Shown here: one piece after another, positions 1 through 8,662 of the stretch
Position numbering within the stretch: position 1 is the first letter of the stretch
Layout: each line of letters starts with the position of its first letter
NCBI GenBank assembly: GCA_040005235.1
Contig: JBDTZG010000092.1
Location: 1 to 16,257, forward strand
Direction of reading: 5' to 3'
Length of the DNA: 16,257 bases
Origin: Acidobacteriota bacterium
GTDB lineage: Bacteria; Acidobacteriota; Thermoanaerobaculia; Multivoradales; UBA5704
Notes under the pieces: generated by a model
What the model was told of the DNA's origin: nothing
Seen by the model: the letters and a program-made list of their open reading frames with translations, nothing else
Database searches by the model: none
Made by a program: the position numbers and the translations under genes

Positions 1-57
1 TTGAACCCGCGACCCCAACCTTGGCAAGGTTGTGCTCTACCACTGAGCTATTCCCGC
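1..57 (-). tRNA. tRNA-Gly(GCC), 3' end cut off by the window edge
   Basis: Reverse complement reads GCGGGAATAGCTCAGTGGTAGAGCACAACCTTGCCAAGGTTGGGGTCGCGGGTTCAA: D-arm AGCTCAGTGGTAGAGC, anticodon stem CAACC/GGTTG with a GCC anticodon (plus-strand 23-25), T-loop GGTTCAA. Confidence 0.97.
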
Positions 58-76
58 CCGCCCAAACAGGATGCAG

Positions 77-105
77 AGGATAGTCAGAGGGCCGCGAGGT
101 GTCAA
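77..105 (-). promoter_or_regulatory. sigma70-type promoter of tRNA-Gly
   Basis: Minus strand TTGACA (105-100), 17-nt spacer, TATCCT (82-77), about 20 nt upstream of the tRNA 5' end. Confidence 0.85.
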
Positions 106-130
106 GCTCCGGCCTTTTTCTACCACTCCC

Positions 131-634
131 TTACCCCTCCTCCATCCCCTTCTTGAGGGTCGCGATTGCGAGCGCCAGGACTTCGGGGTTGGCCATTTTG
201 AGTGCAACTAGTGCATCTTCGAGGTCGCGATCCCAGAAGCCATCCGGCGGCGAGCTGCCCCCAAATCCGGAGAGATCGAACGTGAGGACGTGGAAACCGG
301 CGGCACGCAGCGCCTCGATCCGCCCGCGACGGTGAAAGTAGGCCTGGCCCCATTCGAGCCACGGGTGGGCGAGCAGCACCGCGCCGCGAGGGTCGGCGGG
401 GCTGGGATACCAGGTGGCGGCCAGCTCGCCGCGGCCATTGCTTCTTGGGATCACGAAGCGCTCGAACGGCGCCAGCTCGTCCGGCGGCGCAATCGCTGCG
501 CCGCGGAGCAGGCGCGGACCGAAGGAGTAGAACAGTAGACGGCCCAGGCGCTCTTCGAGCCGACCGGGGCGAATCGGCACCGGCAATGCATCGGCACGGA
601 TCGCGGTCGGTCGCATGGAGTCGAAGGAAGTCAT
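131..634 (-). pseudogene. Truncated or internally deleted alpha/beta-hydrolase (N-terminal part only); start at 634 or 616
   Basis: ELAATWYP...RGAVLLAHPW...LRAAGFHVLTFDLSGFGGS matches the N-terminus of lysophospholipase-like alpha/beta-hydrolases. The ORF ends about 40 aa later with no GxSxG nucleophile elbow or catalytic Asp/His. Confidence 0.65.
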
Positions 635-725
635 TCGGCATTCGTCACGTGGGCTCGCCGGCCGTTACAATCGGACGCCGCAGCCGCGCCGCGACGTAGC
701 CCACCCAACTGGAGACTGTATCGCG

Positions 726-2726
726 ATGAGATCTCGAATCCTTCGTTGGCTGGTCCCGATCGTCCTGCTCGCCGCCGGGGCTTCAAGGACCCGATTGACC
801 GCCCAGTCCGCCGACGCCTCGGGGAAGACCGATTTCGTGGCGGTCGCCGAGGCGCGATCGGTAGAGGTCGATCTGCGCGCTCTGCCGATCCTGCCGGACT
901 GGAAACCAGGCGACCCGTTGGGAGTCGAGGAGGAGCGCTTCGAGCCGAAGGGGCTGCCTCCCCGCGCGCCCGCCGTGCCGCGGCGCGACCCCCTGCTGGA
1001 CGCCCAGGAGAGCGCCGACTTGGCGCGGGCGTTCACGACGCCGCTCACAAACTTCGCGGGCCTCACCACCAACGCGAATCCGCCCGATGCGACCGGCGAT
1101 GTCGGCCCAGACCACTTCATCCAGGTCCTCAACAACGGCGGCGCGCGCTTCGCGGTCTTCCGCAAGAGCGACGGCGTGATCCTTTCCGGTCCGACCGGCC
1201 TGAATTCGCTCGGCACGGGCAGTTGCGCCTCAGGGGTCGGCGACGGCATCGTGCTCTACGATTCTTTCGCCGGGCGTTGGCTCCTGTCGCAGATCGTTCT
1301 GAACGTAAACGTCCTCTGCGTCTTCGTATCGAAAACCGCCGATCCGATCGCCGGGGGTTGGTGGGCCTACCAGTTCTCGGTCCCGGACTTTCCCGACTAC
1401 CCGAAGTACGCCGTCTGGCCGAGCGCTTTCGTCGTCACCGCCAACGAGGGAGCGACGACGAGCGTTCCCGCGGTCTACGCGCTCGACCGGACCCGGATGC
1501 TCGCAGGACTGCCCGCGACCCTCCAACGCTTCGCCGCCTCGCCTCTGGCCGGGTTTTCGTTCCAGGTTCTCACCCCGGCGGACGCCGACGGGACAGCGCC
1601 GCCGACGGGCGCCCCGGCCTACCTGCTGCGCCACCGCGACGACGAAGAGCATTCGCCCGGGACGGCGAACCCGAATCAAGATTTCATCGAGCTGTTCTCG
1701 CTCAATTTGGATTTCGCGATCCCGGCCAATTCGACGTTTTCCGGACCGACGTCGATTCCGGTCGCCGAGTTCGATTCGAGCTTCTGCGGCTCGGACAGAG
1801 CCGCAACCTCGTGCATTCCCCAGACCACCGGTGTTCGCCTCGACGCGCTTCGCGAGCCGATCATGAACCGGGTGCAGTACCGCAACTTCGGCGACCACGA
1901 GACGCTGGTCGGCAATTTCATTACCGACGTCGATGGCGCCGACCGGGCCGGCATCCGCTGGTTCGAGCTGCGCAAGAGCGGCGCCGCCCCTTGGGGCCTG
2001 TTTCAGGAAGGGACCTATTCGCCCGACGCGACGCGGCGCTGGATCGGCTCGATCGCGATGGACGCCCAGGGCAATATCGCGCTGGGCTACAGCGCGTCGA
2101 GCACCGCGGTCTCGCCGGGCGCCCGCTATTCCGGCAGGCTCTCGTGCAATCCGCTGGGCACGTTGCCGCAAGGGGAGAATTCGATCCAGGCTGGCTCAGG
2201 AGAGGTCTCGGGTAACCGCTGGGGCGACTACGCCGCAATGATCGTCGATCCGAGCGACGACTGTACGTTCTGGTTCACCACCGAGTACGTCCAGGGATCC
2301 GCCACGCCGACGCGGATCGCCTCGTTCAAGTTCGACAACTGCCCACCGGCCGCTCCTTCACCCGGCTCGTTCTTCACCGTCGCTCCGTGTCGGGCGGTCG
2401 ATACCCGGTTGGTGGCAGGCGGCATCCTCGCCTCCGGCGTTCCCCAAACCTACCGGTTGGCGGCCGCCTGCGGCGTCCCTTGTTCGGCTCGGGCGATCTC
2501 CACCAACGTCACCGTGGTTGGGCCGGCCGGATCGGGCTTCTTCACCCTCTACCCGGGCGGCACCGGCCCGCCGACCACGGCAACGCTCAATTTCGGCGCG
2601 GGACAGACGCGCGCCAACAACGCCATCCTCTCGCTCGGAACAGACGGCTCGTTCGCCATCCTCCCCTTCATATCGGGCGGCGGCCAGGCGAATCTGGTGG
2701 TCGATGTGACGGGCTACTTCGAGTAG
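726..2726 (+). CDS. Secreted beta-rich hypothetical protein (~666 aa) with a C-terminal Acidobacteria-type beta-sandwich domain
   Basis: ATG at 726 follows GGAGA (711-715). Signal-peptide-like MRSRILRWLVPIVLLAAGA. Motifs NPPDATGDVGPDHFIQVLN, PDYPKYAVW, GIRWFELR and RWGDYAAM recall an uncharacterised secreted family. C-terminal FFTVAPCRAVDTR...CGVP...LNFGAGQTRANNA...VVDVTGYFE. Codon usage is GC3-rich. Confidence 0.85.
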   Translation: MRSRILRWLVPIVLLAAGASRTRLTAQSADASGKTDFVAVAEARSVEVDLRALPILPDWKPGDPLGVEEERFEPKGLPPRAPAVPRRDPLLDAQESADLARAFTTPLTNFAGLTTNANPPDATGDVGPDHFIQVLNNGGARFAVFRKSDGVILSGPTGLNSLGTGSCASGVGDGIVLYDSFAGRWLLSQIVLNVNVLCVFVSKTADPIAGGWWAYQFSVPDFPDYPKYAVWPSAFVVTANEGATTSVPAVYALDRTRMLAGLPATLQRFAASPLAGFSFQVLTPADADGTAPPTGAPAYLLRHRDDEEHSPGTANPNQDFIELFSLNLDFAIPANSTFSGPTSIPVAEFDSSFCGSDRAATSCIPQTTGVRLDALREPIMNRVQYRNFGDHETLVGNFITDVDGADRAGIRWFELRKSGAAPWGLFQEGTYSPDATRRWIGSIAMDAQGNIALGYSASSTAVSPGARYSGRLSCNPLGTLPQGENSIQAGSGEVSGNRWGDYAAMIVDPSDDCTFWFTTEYVQGSATPTRIASFKFDNCPPAAPSPGSFFTVAPCRAVDTRLVAGGILASGVPQTYRLAAACGVPCSARAISTNVTVVGPAGSGFFTLYPGGTGPPTTATLNFGAGQTRANNAILSLGTDGSFAILPFISGGGQANLVVDVTGYFE

Positions 2727-2756
2727 AAGGGTCCGTGATTGCGTTTGCCGTAGAAC

Positions 2757-3209
2757 TCAGATGCCTTTAAACAGCGCGTCGAACGCCGACCGCGCCTCGC
2801 TCGGCTTGCCCGGCTTGGAGGCGGCCCGCTCCTCGGGAAACTCGCTCGTGGTCTTCGGCTCGAAAAGGGGGCAGTCGTTCTTGGCGCGCTTCTTCACCAC
2901 CCGCACGGGAACCTCTTCGTAACGGCGGCACTCGAAGCGGCTGCCGGGATCGAACGAGACGCAGTTGGCGCAGGCGTGGAGCGCGGCGCCGCAGCCGGCG
3001 CAGGTCGTCTCGACTTCGATCGGGTCGGAGATCAACCGCTTGTGGTTGCACGCCACGCAGCGAAACACCGTCTCGGTCGGCGCGCCGAGGCCCCGGCCGC
3101 GAGGACCGTCTTTTTTCGGCGGCGGCGGCCCCCCCGGGCTACGCCGCGAGTCCTTCGAATCGTCGCTGCTCTGGTAGCCGCGGTGCCGGTATTTTCGCTC
3201 GTCGGACAT
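2757..3209 (-). CDS. Cys-rich hypothetical protein, probable zinc binder (150 aa)
   Basis: AAAGGA SD before the ATG; CVAC, CAGC and CANC plus two more Cys (8 in total); charged, low-complexity N-terminus; C-terminal ARSAFDALFK. Confidence 0.8.
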   Translation of the reverse strand: MSDERKYRHRGYQSSDDSKDSRRSPGGPPPPKKDGPRGRGLGAPTETVFRCVACNHKRLISDPIEVETTCAGCGAALHACANCVSFDPGSRFECRRYEEVPVRVVKKRAKNDCPLFEPKTTSEFPEERAASKPGKPSEARSAFDALFKGI

Positions 3210-3235
3210 GGGAGTCCTTTCTTCGGTTTGCGATC

Positions 3236-5011
3236 CTACCCCGGCACGGCCGGCAACGCGGCGAGCAGGAGCGATCCCGGGCCGAAAATCGCGCCGAGCG
3301 GCGGCCCGATCTCCCCGAGAATCACCTCGGCGGCGGGCCAGCGTTGTCCAACCAGGGCGCGCAGAGCCTCCGCCGCCTGCGGCAACTCGCCGTGGGCGAT
3401 GCCGACGAGGCCCGGACGCACCGCGCCGAAGGCTTCGGCCACCCTTCCGAGCAGAGCGGCGGGCACTTTGGACTCGCGATCGGTCCGGTCGCGCGAGTAG
3501 AGCTCGCCCGCGTCGATCTCATAGATCGACCAGAAATCGACCGGCTGAACGAACAGACCGAATCGCTGCCGCTCCTCTCGCTCGCGCGCGGCGGCAAAGA
3601 CTCTGAGCCCCGCGGCAAGCTCCACCACCCGGCGGCGGATCGCCGACGCCGAAGCGCCGCGCCCGGCCAGCCGCGCCGCGGCGATGGCGAGCAGACCCTG
3701 GCCAAGGCTCACGCTGCGGCTGTCGATCACCTCGATCGAGAGCGGATCGAGCTGGGCGCGAAAACCCACCCGGCCGCGTAGCGCATCGTCGGCGGCGGCC
3801 AGGGAGTTGTTGAGCGCGCTGCCGAACCGGGGCGCGGCGTGGATCGATACCAGGTTCTGGGTTTCGAGACCCGCCGCGAACATCGACAGCAGCTCGCCCC
3901 GGCCGGGCGGCTCGATCGCGGGCGCCGCCGCGCCGCGCGCCGCGTCGAGCCGGTAGAACTCGGCCGGCGAGATCTGCTCGCGATCGCGGACGAAGGTTTC
4001 GCCGAACGAGAGCGAATAGGGCGCGAGCAGGATGCCGTGCGCCCGCGCCACCGCTTCGGGCAGGTCGCTCGCCGTGTCGGTCACAACGCGCGCCCGATCC
4101 TTGGGCTCGTCGAGGACCGCCACCCCCTGGCGGATCAGCTCGCCCAGGCCGCGCAGGATCTCTCCGTCTGAGCGGCCGGGCAGCGCGTCGAGCAGCGGCC
4201 CCACCTGGTCGGCCTGCTGAAGCGCGCCCAGGATTTCGCGCTCGATCGCCCCGAGGGCGTTGCCGAAAAACTGCGGCCCCAGGCGCAGCCTCACGCGCGC
4301 CTCGGGGTCGGGCGGAGTCGCCAAGCGGTCTTCGAGCACGGCGAGGACGAGGCTCGGCAACGGCAGGAAGATCTCGCGCACGACGCTTCCCGGTTCCGCC
4401 CCGCCGCCGGCCGCCGGAGTGGGGAGGAAACGCACCTCCCCTGCGCCTTGGAGAGAGAGGCGACAGAGCGCCTTGACCGCGCGATGCGCGCCGGAGCGAG
4501 CGGCGATCAATTCGCCCCGTTCGAGGACAATCTCTCCCAACTTCGTCCGCACGGTGCCGGAGCTTGCCGCGCCGCCGAGCGCGCGCAGCAGCTCAAGCAA
4601 CGGCACCACGGAAAGATCGCCGACCAGGGCGCCCGCCTCCGGGTCGAGCACCAGATCGGCATCCAAACCGGAGAGCCCCCGATGGCCGCCCAGCTCGCTG
4701 CGCAACAGGGCGAGCAACAGCCGCCGGATCACCCGCTCGAACGCGTCGCCCACGAGCGCCAGTTCGGCCGGGTAGCGCACTTCGAAGGCGCGGGCCGCGT
4801 CAGCCGGCGAATCGTTGGCCAGCACCCCGTCGTCCGACACTACGAACGCGATCGATGGGGCGCTCCCGGCCAAAAACGCCGCGGCGAACCGCGCGCCCTC
4901 GGCGCCGGTGCGCACCGGCACCACCTCGCGCCCCGAGGCGGCGATCCGCTCCGCGAGCAGGCGGCGCCGGTCGGCATCGCCCTCGACCAGGACTACGGTC
5001 TTCCGATTCAT
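3236..5011 (-). CDS. Fusion of a receiver-like N-terminus, a DUF4388-like domain and a degenerate DegV domain (591 aa)
   Basis: N-terminal TVVLVEGDADRRRLLAERIAASGREVV is receiver-like. LVGDLSVVPLLELLRALGGAASSGTV...GEIVLERGELIAA is DUF4388-like. VVTDTASDLP...ISPAEFY...IEVIDSRSVSLGQGLLAIAAA...GPGSL is DegV-like. Confidence 0.8.
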   Translation of the reverse strand: MNRKTVVLVEGDADRRRLLAERIAASGREVVPVRTGAEGARFAAAFLAGSAPSIAFVVSDDGVLANDSPADAARAFEVRYPAELALVGDAFERVIRRLLLALLRSELGGHRGLSGLDADLVLDPEAGALVGDLSVVPLLELLRALGGAASSGTVRTKLGEIVLERGELIAARSGAHRAVKALCRLSLQGAGEVRFLPTPAAGGGAEPGSVVREIFLPLPSLVLAVLEDRLATPPDPEARVRLRLGPQFFGNALGAIEREILGALQQADQVGPLLDALPGRSDGEILRGLGELIRQGVAVLDEPKDRARVVTDTASDLPEAVARAHGILLAPYSLSFGETFVRDREQISPAEFYRLDAARGAAAPAIEPPGRGELLSMFAAGLETQNLVSIHAAPRFGSALNNSLAAADDALRGRVGFRAQLDPLSIEVIDSRSVSLGQGLLAIAAARLAGRGASASAIRRRVVELAAGLRVFAAAREREERQRFGLFVQPVDFWSIYEIDAGELYSRDRTDRESKVPAALLGRVAEAFGAVRPGLVGIAHGELPQAAEALRALVGQRWPAAEVILGEIGPPLGAIFGPGSLLLAALPAVPG

Positions 5012-5031
5012 CTAGGGGGTGAAGTGCCGGA

Positions 5032-5820
5032 TCAGGAGACTTCGGCGACTTTGTCGAGCACGAAGTCGGCGATCACCGGCAGGTGGTCGCTCGCCAGGCG
5101 GGCGAGCCGCAGGCGGGAAGCCTGGACGGCGAGCAGCGAAACCGGACCGCGGTAATAGAGGCGGTCGAGCCCCCCTTGGGGCGAAAACGAGGGGTAGGTC
5201 GGGATCACCCGACGCCGGCCGTGCGCCCGCTCGGTGGCGCAACGAAAACCCAAACTCTCGGTGAACGTCGGCAGAAGCAGCGATCGCCAATCGTTGAAGT
5301 CGCCGCCGATCACCGTCGCGTGGCGCGGATGCGCTTGGCGATATTCGTCGGAGCGCACCAGCTCCGCCACCTGCTGCACCCGTTCGCGCGCCGAGAGGCC
5401 GAGGTGCAGATTGAACACCTCGAAGCGCCAGCCGCGACCGAGGTCGAGCGTCGCATGCTGGCAGCCCCGGCGGATCCAGCTGTCGGCCATGGTGAGATCG
5501 ATGTTGCGCTCGGCGACGATCGGAAAGCGGGAGAGGATGGCGTTACCGTACTTGCCCTGCTTTAAATCGACGTTGAGCCCCAGGGCGACCCCCGGCAGCT
5601 TGAGCAAGCCCGACAGCTCGACCGCGAGGTCGAGACTTCGCGACCGCGGAGCCCCCTGATCGACCTCCTGCAGGAGCACCACGTCCGGGGCGTAATGGGA
5701 AATGACTTCCGCGGTCCGGTCGAGCCGGAAGCGGCGATCGATCCCGATCCCTTTGTGGATGTTGTAAGTCAAGAATCGCAGTTGCACGCGCGCTCGGGTC
5801 TCCTCATCGCGGATGGGCAC
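5032..5820 (-). CDS. Endonuclease/exonuclease/phosphatase (EEP) family protein; alternative GTG start at 5787
   Basis: LTYNIHKG, DVVLLQEVD, YGNAILSRFPI, NLHLGL, GGDFNDW, LDRLYYRG and ASDHLPV form the full EEP motif set. GAGGAGA precedes the GTG at 5787. Confidence 0.93.
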   Translation of the reverse strand: MPIRDEETRARVQLRFLTYNIHKGIGIDRRFRLDRTAEVISHYAPDVVLLQEVDQGAPRSRSLDLAVELSGLLKLPGVALGLNVDLKQGKYGNAILSRFPIVAERNIDLTMADSWIRRGCQHATLDLGRGWRFEVFNLHLGLSARERVQQVAELVRSDEYRQAHPRHATVIGGDFNDWRSLLLPTFTESLGFRCATERAHGRRRVIPTYPSFSPQGGLDRLYYRGPVSLLAVQASRLRLARLASDHLPVIADFVLDKVAEVS

Positions 5821-5856
5821 GGGGGCGGGAGTCTAGCGCACCCGGCCGGGTGCTCC

Positions 5857-6843
5857 TCAGCCGCACCGGCCGAACGAGAACGCGTAGGCCCGGGCACCCG
5901 GCACGACGAACCGCAAGGTCAGGCGGTGCTCACCATGACCGCCCTCGATCAACCGGACCATCCGGCCCCGTTCCCACCTCGCGATCGTGCCAGTCGTTCC
6001 ATAATCGACGTCCGCCCCACGCTCCCCTACCGGCACAGGAACACCGTCCAGCAAAATCTCGGCCATCCCGGCGGATGCGAGGACCAGGTTCACCCCCGCG
6101 GCCTCGTAATACAGCTCGATCTCGGCCCCCGCCTCGGCGCTCTCCAGGTACTCCGCCTCGTGCCGCCAGGCGCCGCGGGCGGTAAAACCGCCGAGCGGAA
6201 TCTCCGCGGACGGCAATCCGGCATGGCGCACTACCTCGCCCGGCCGGTACCCCTCGGGCGCGAACAGCCGGCCGCGGTGCCAGCCGAGATAGGTCTCGCG
6301 GGTGGAGGGCCGGCAAACTTCTCCGGTCCCTTGGGCGCCGGTCCCCGCGCCTCCCGGTCCGACCCAAGGCTCCGGCCACGGGCCGGGATCGCCCGCCTCC
6401 GCGAGCAGTTTTTGAATCCACCGCTCGATCTCTGGGTAGCTCCCTTCGCCGAACGCTTCGTAGCGCAGGTAGCCCCGGCCGTCGATCAGATACTTGGCCG
6501 GCCAGACTTTGTTCGCAAAGCGCTCCCAGGTGGCGCGCTCGGGATCGGAAAGGACGGCGTAGGGAATCCTCTCCGCCGCGACCGCGCGCTCCAGGTGCTC
6601 CGGAGCGGCGGTGAAATCGAATTCAGGGGTATGAACGCCGATGATCGCGAGCCCCCTCGCGGCGTAGCGCTCCTGCCAGGCGATCAGATACGGCAGCGTC
6701 CGCAGGCAGTTGACGCAGGTGGATTCCCAGAAATCGACCAGCACGACCCGGCCGCGCGCGGCCGGGATCGACAGCGCCGGGCCTTGGATCCACGGGCCGG
6801 GGGCGAAATCCGGCGCGCGCAGCGCGTGAGCGATCTCGGGCAT
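5857..6843 (-). CDS. DipZ-like redoxin: thioredoxin-fold domain plus C-terminal beta domain, no membrane DsbD part
   Basis: GRVVLVDFWESTCVNCLRTLPYL (CxxC), IIGVHTPEFDF, WPAKYLIDGRGYLRYEAFGEGSY, ETYLG, VNLVL and AYAFSFG match the soluble part of DipZ. Confidence 0.88.
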   Translation of the reverse strand: MPEIAHALRAPDFAPGPWIQGPALSIPAARGRVVLVDFWESTCVNCLRTLPYLIAWQERYAARGLAIIGVHTPEFDFTAAPEHLERAVAAERIPYAVLSDPERATWERFANKVWPAKYLIDGRGYLRYEAFGEGSYPEIERWIQKLLAEAGDPGPWPEPWVGPGGAGTGAQGTGEVCRPSTRETYLGWHRGRLFAPEGYRPGEVVRHAGLPSAEIPLGGFTARGAWRHEAEYLESAEAGAEIELYYEAAGVNLVLASAGMAEILLDGVPVPVGERGADVDYGTTGTIARWERGRMVRLIEGGHGEHRLTLRFVVPGARAYAFSFGRCG

Positions 6844-6870
6844 GGCGGTGAGACTTTACCCCGGAGGCAA

Positions 6871-6924
6871 GGTTCGCGGTTTCGTTAGCCCCGCAGAGCC
6901 AGGAGGCCAACGAAACCGCGAACC
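6871..6924. repeat. Long inverted repeat between divergent genes
   Basis: GGTTCGCGGTTTCGTT (6871-6886) is the exact reverse complement of AACGAAACCGCGAACC (6909-6924). It extends by GCC/GGC after one mismatch, leaving a 14-nt loop. Confidence 0.9.
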
Positions 6925-6939
6925 CCATATGATCCGTGA

Positions 6940-7824
6940 ATGCCGCGCGCCGCGATTTCGGAAACCGGCCGCGCGCTGCTCGTCGCCTCGATCGCGGGGG
7001 TCTGTTTCGGGGCGATGGCGTTCTCAGCCAAGCTCGCCGCGGCGCACCTCTCCGGCTCCGAGGTCGCTTTCCTCCGCTTCGTCCTGATGCTCACGCCACT
7101 GCTCTGGCCGCCGGTGCTCAAAAAAGCGCTGGTGGTCCAACGGCTCGACCTTCTGTTCTATCGCGGCCTGTTCGGCGGCCTCGCGGTGCTGTTCTACTTT
7201 CTCGCGATCGAGCACATTTCGGTCGGCGTCGCGACCCTGCTCAACTTCTCGGCGCCGATCTTCAGCGTGCTGTTCGCCGCCCGGTTTCTCGGCGAGCGGA
7301 TCGACCGCCGCTTCCTCGTGCCGATGGCCATCGCGGTGCTCGGCCTGATCCTCGTTGTGCGCGGCCAGACTCCGATGTCGCTCGCGATCTCCTTCGGCAC
7401 CTGGGAGTGGGTCGGGGTGATCTCGGCGGTTTTCTCCGGCGCCGCGGTCGCCTCGCTACGCGCGGCCCGGCGGAGCGAAAGCTCATGGTCGATCTACACC
7501 AGCTTCTCGCTCTGCGGCCTGCTCGTCACCCTGCCGTTCGCGCTCGCCTCGTGGCGGATGCCCTCCGGCAAAGAGGTGGCATTGCTCGGCGCGGTAGGAG
7601 TCACCTCGATCGCCGCCCAGCTCGGCATGACCTACGCCTACCGCTGGGTGACCAACCTCCAGATGGGCGTCTGCACCCAGCTCGCCGTAGTCGTCGCGAT
7701 GGCGCTCGGCATCGCCTTCCTCGACGAACCGGCCACCGCCCTCGGCCTGGCTGGCAGCGCGCTGACGATCGGCAGTATCCTCGCGGTCGTCGCCATCCAA
7801 GCTACGCCTCGCGCAGTCGAGTAA
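6940..7824 (+). CDS. DMT/EamA family transporter
   Basis: 294 aa, about 10 hydrophobic helices in two repeats; EVAFLRF, RGLFGGLAVLFYFLAIEHISVGVATLLNFSAPIF, FLGER, AQLGMTYAYR, FLDE. Confidence 0.93.
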   Translation: MPRAAISETGRALLVASIAGVCFGAMAFSAKLAAAHLSGSEVAFLRFVLMLTPLLWPPVLKKALVVQRLDLLFYRGLFGGLAVLFYFLAIEHISVGVATLLNFSAPIFSVLFAARFLGERIDRRFLVPMAIAVLGLILVVRGQTPMSLAISFGTWEWVGVISAVFSGAAVASLRAARRSESSWSIYTSFSLCGLLVTLPFALASWRMPSGKEVALLGAVGVTSIAAQLGMTYAYRWVTNLQMGVCTQLAVVVAMALGIAFLDEPATALGLAGSALTIGSILAVVAIQATPRAVE

Positions 7825-7832
7825 GAACTCTC

Positions 7833-8627
7833 ATGTCCATTCCTCTCCTGCCGGAAGACGGCCCGCCCCTCGACCGCCCGCCCTTCGACCGCCCGGCGCC
7901 AGCGCCCGAGGCGTCGGTTCCACCGAAACGCGGCTGTGTCCGCCGCTTCTGGCTTCCCGCGGTTATCCTGCTGGTGGTCTACGTCGGCTGGAAGGCGCTT
8001 ACCTGGCCGGACGTCGCGGCGCTTGCCAAGGACAATCCGAAGTCGACAGCGTTCATCGACGCCTACCGCAACCGGTGGTTTTTCGCGGATCGCGAGGTCG
8101 AATGGAAGTGGGTACCCTACACGCGGATTTCGCGCAATCTGCGGCGTGCCGTGCTGGTCGGCGAAGACGCCACGTTCTTCGGCCATGAGGGGTTTGACAC
8201 GGACGAGATGAGAGACGCGATCACCAAGGCGATCGAGAAGAAGCGGCTGCCGCGCGGCGCTTCGACGATCACCCAGCAGTTGGCGAAGAACCTCTATCTG
8301 TCGCCCTCGCGCAACCCGCTGCGGAAGATCGAAGAGGTGATCCTCACCCGCCAGCTCGAAGCGCACCTCCCCAAGAAGCGGATTCTGGAAATCTATCTGA
8401 ACGTGGTCGAGCTCGGCCCCGGCATCTACGGCGCCGAGGCCGCCTCGCGCCACTATTTCCATACCTCCGCCGGCAAACTTTCCGCCCACCAGGCGGCGCA
8501 GCTCGCCGGGAGCCTGCCGGCCCCGAAGACCTGGCATCCGGGCAGCGACAGCAAGAAGTACCTCTGGCACGTCCGCTGGATCGAGCGCCGGATGTGGCGC
8601 ACCGGCTGGGTGAGCGGCCGGGTCTGA
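7833..8627 (+). CDS. mtgA: Monofunctional biosynthetic peptidoglycan transglycosylase (GT51)
   Basis: N-terminal TM anchor, then WVPYTRIS, AVLVGEDATFFGHEGFD, RGASTITQQLAKNLYL, RKIEE, KKRILEIYLNVVELGPGIYGAEAASRHYF. The real start is likely the ATG at 7833, just after the EamA stop; the track ORF from 6936 is an over-extension. Confidence 0.92.
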   Translation: MSIPLLPEDGPPLDRPPFDRPAPAPEASVPPKRGCVRRFWLPAVILLVVYVGWKALTWPDVAALAKDNPKSTAFIDAYRNRWFFADREVEWKWVPYTRISRNLRRAVLVGEDATFFGHEGFDTDEMRDAITKAIEKKRLPRGASTITQQLAKNLYLSPSRNPLRKIEEVILTRQLEAHLPKKRILEIYLNVVELGPGIYGAEAASRHYFHTSAGKLSAHQAAQLAGSLPAPKTWHPGSDSKKYLWHVRWIERRMWRTGWVSGRV

Positions 8628-8662
8628 CCGATCTCCCTTCGCTCGGCACGCCACGGTCACGG

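Noticed and set aside
1-130. Genomic island integrated at tRNA-Gly
   Set aside because: The window lies on the 5' side of the tRNA, and I saw no integrase or duplicated tRNA 3' end.
7861-7895. 15-bp tandem repeat (about 2.3 copies) at the mtgA 5' end
   Set aside because: In-frame microduplication encoding PPLDR/PPFDR in a disordered tail; no sign of wider significance.
6936-8627. 563-aa ORF spanning EamA and mtgA
   Set aside because: The first ~299 codons are an off-frame shadow of EamA; mtgA starts at 7833.
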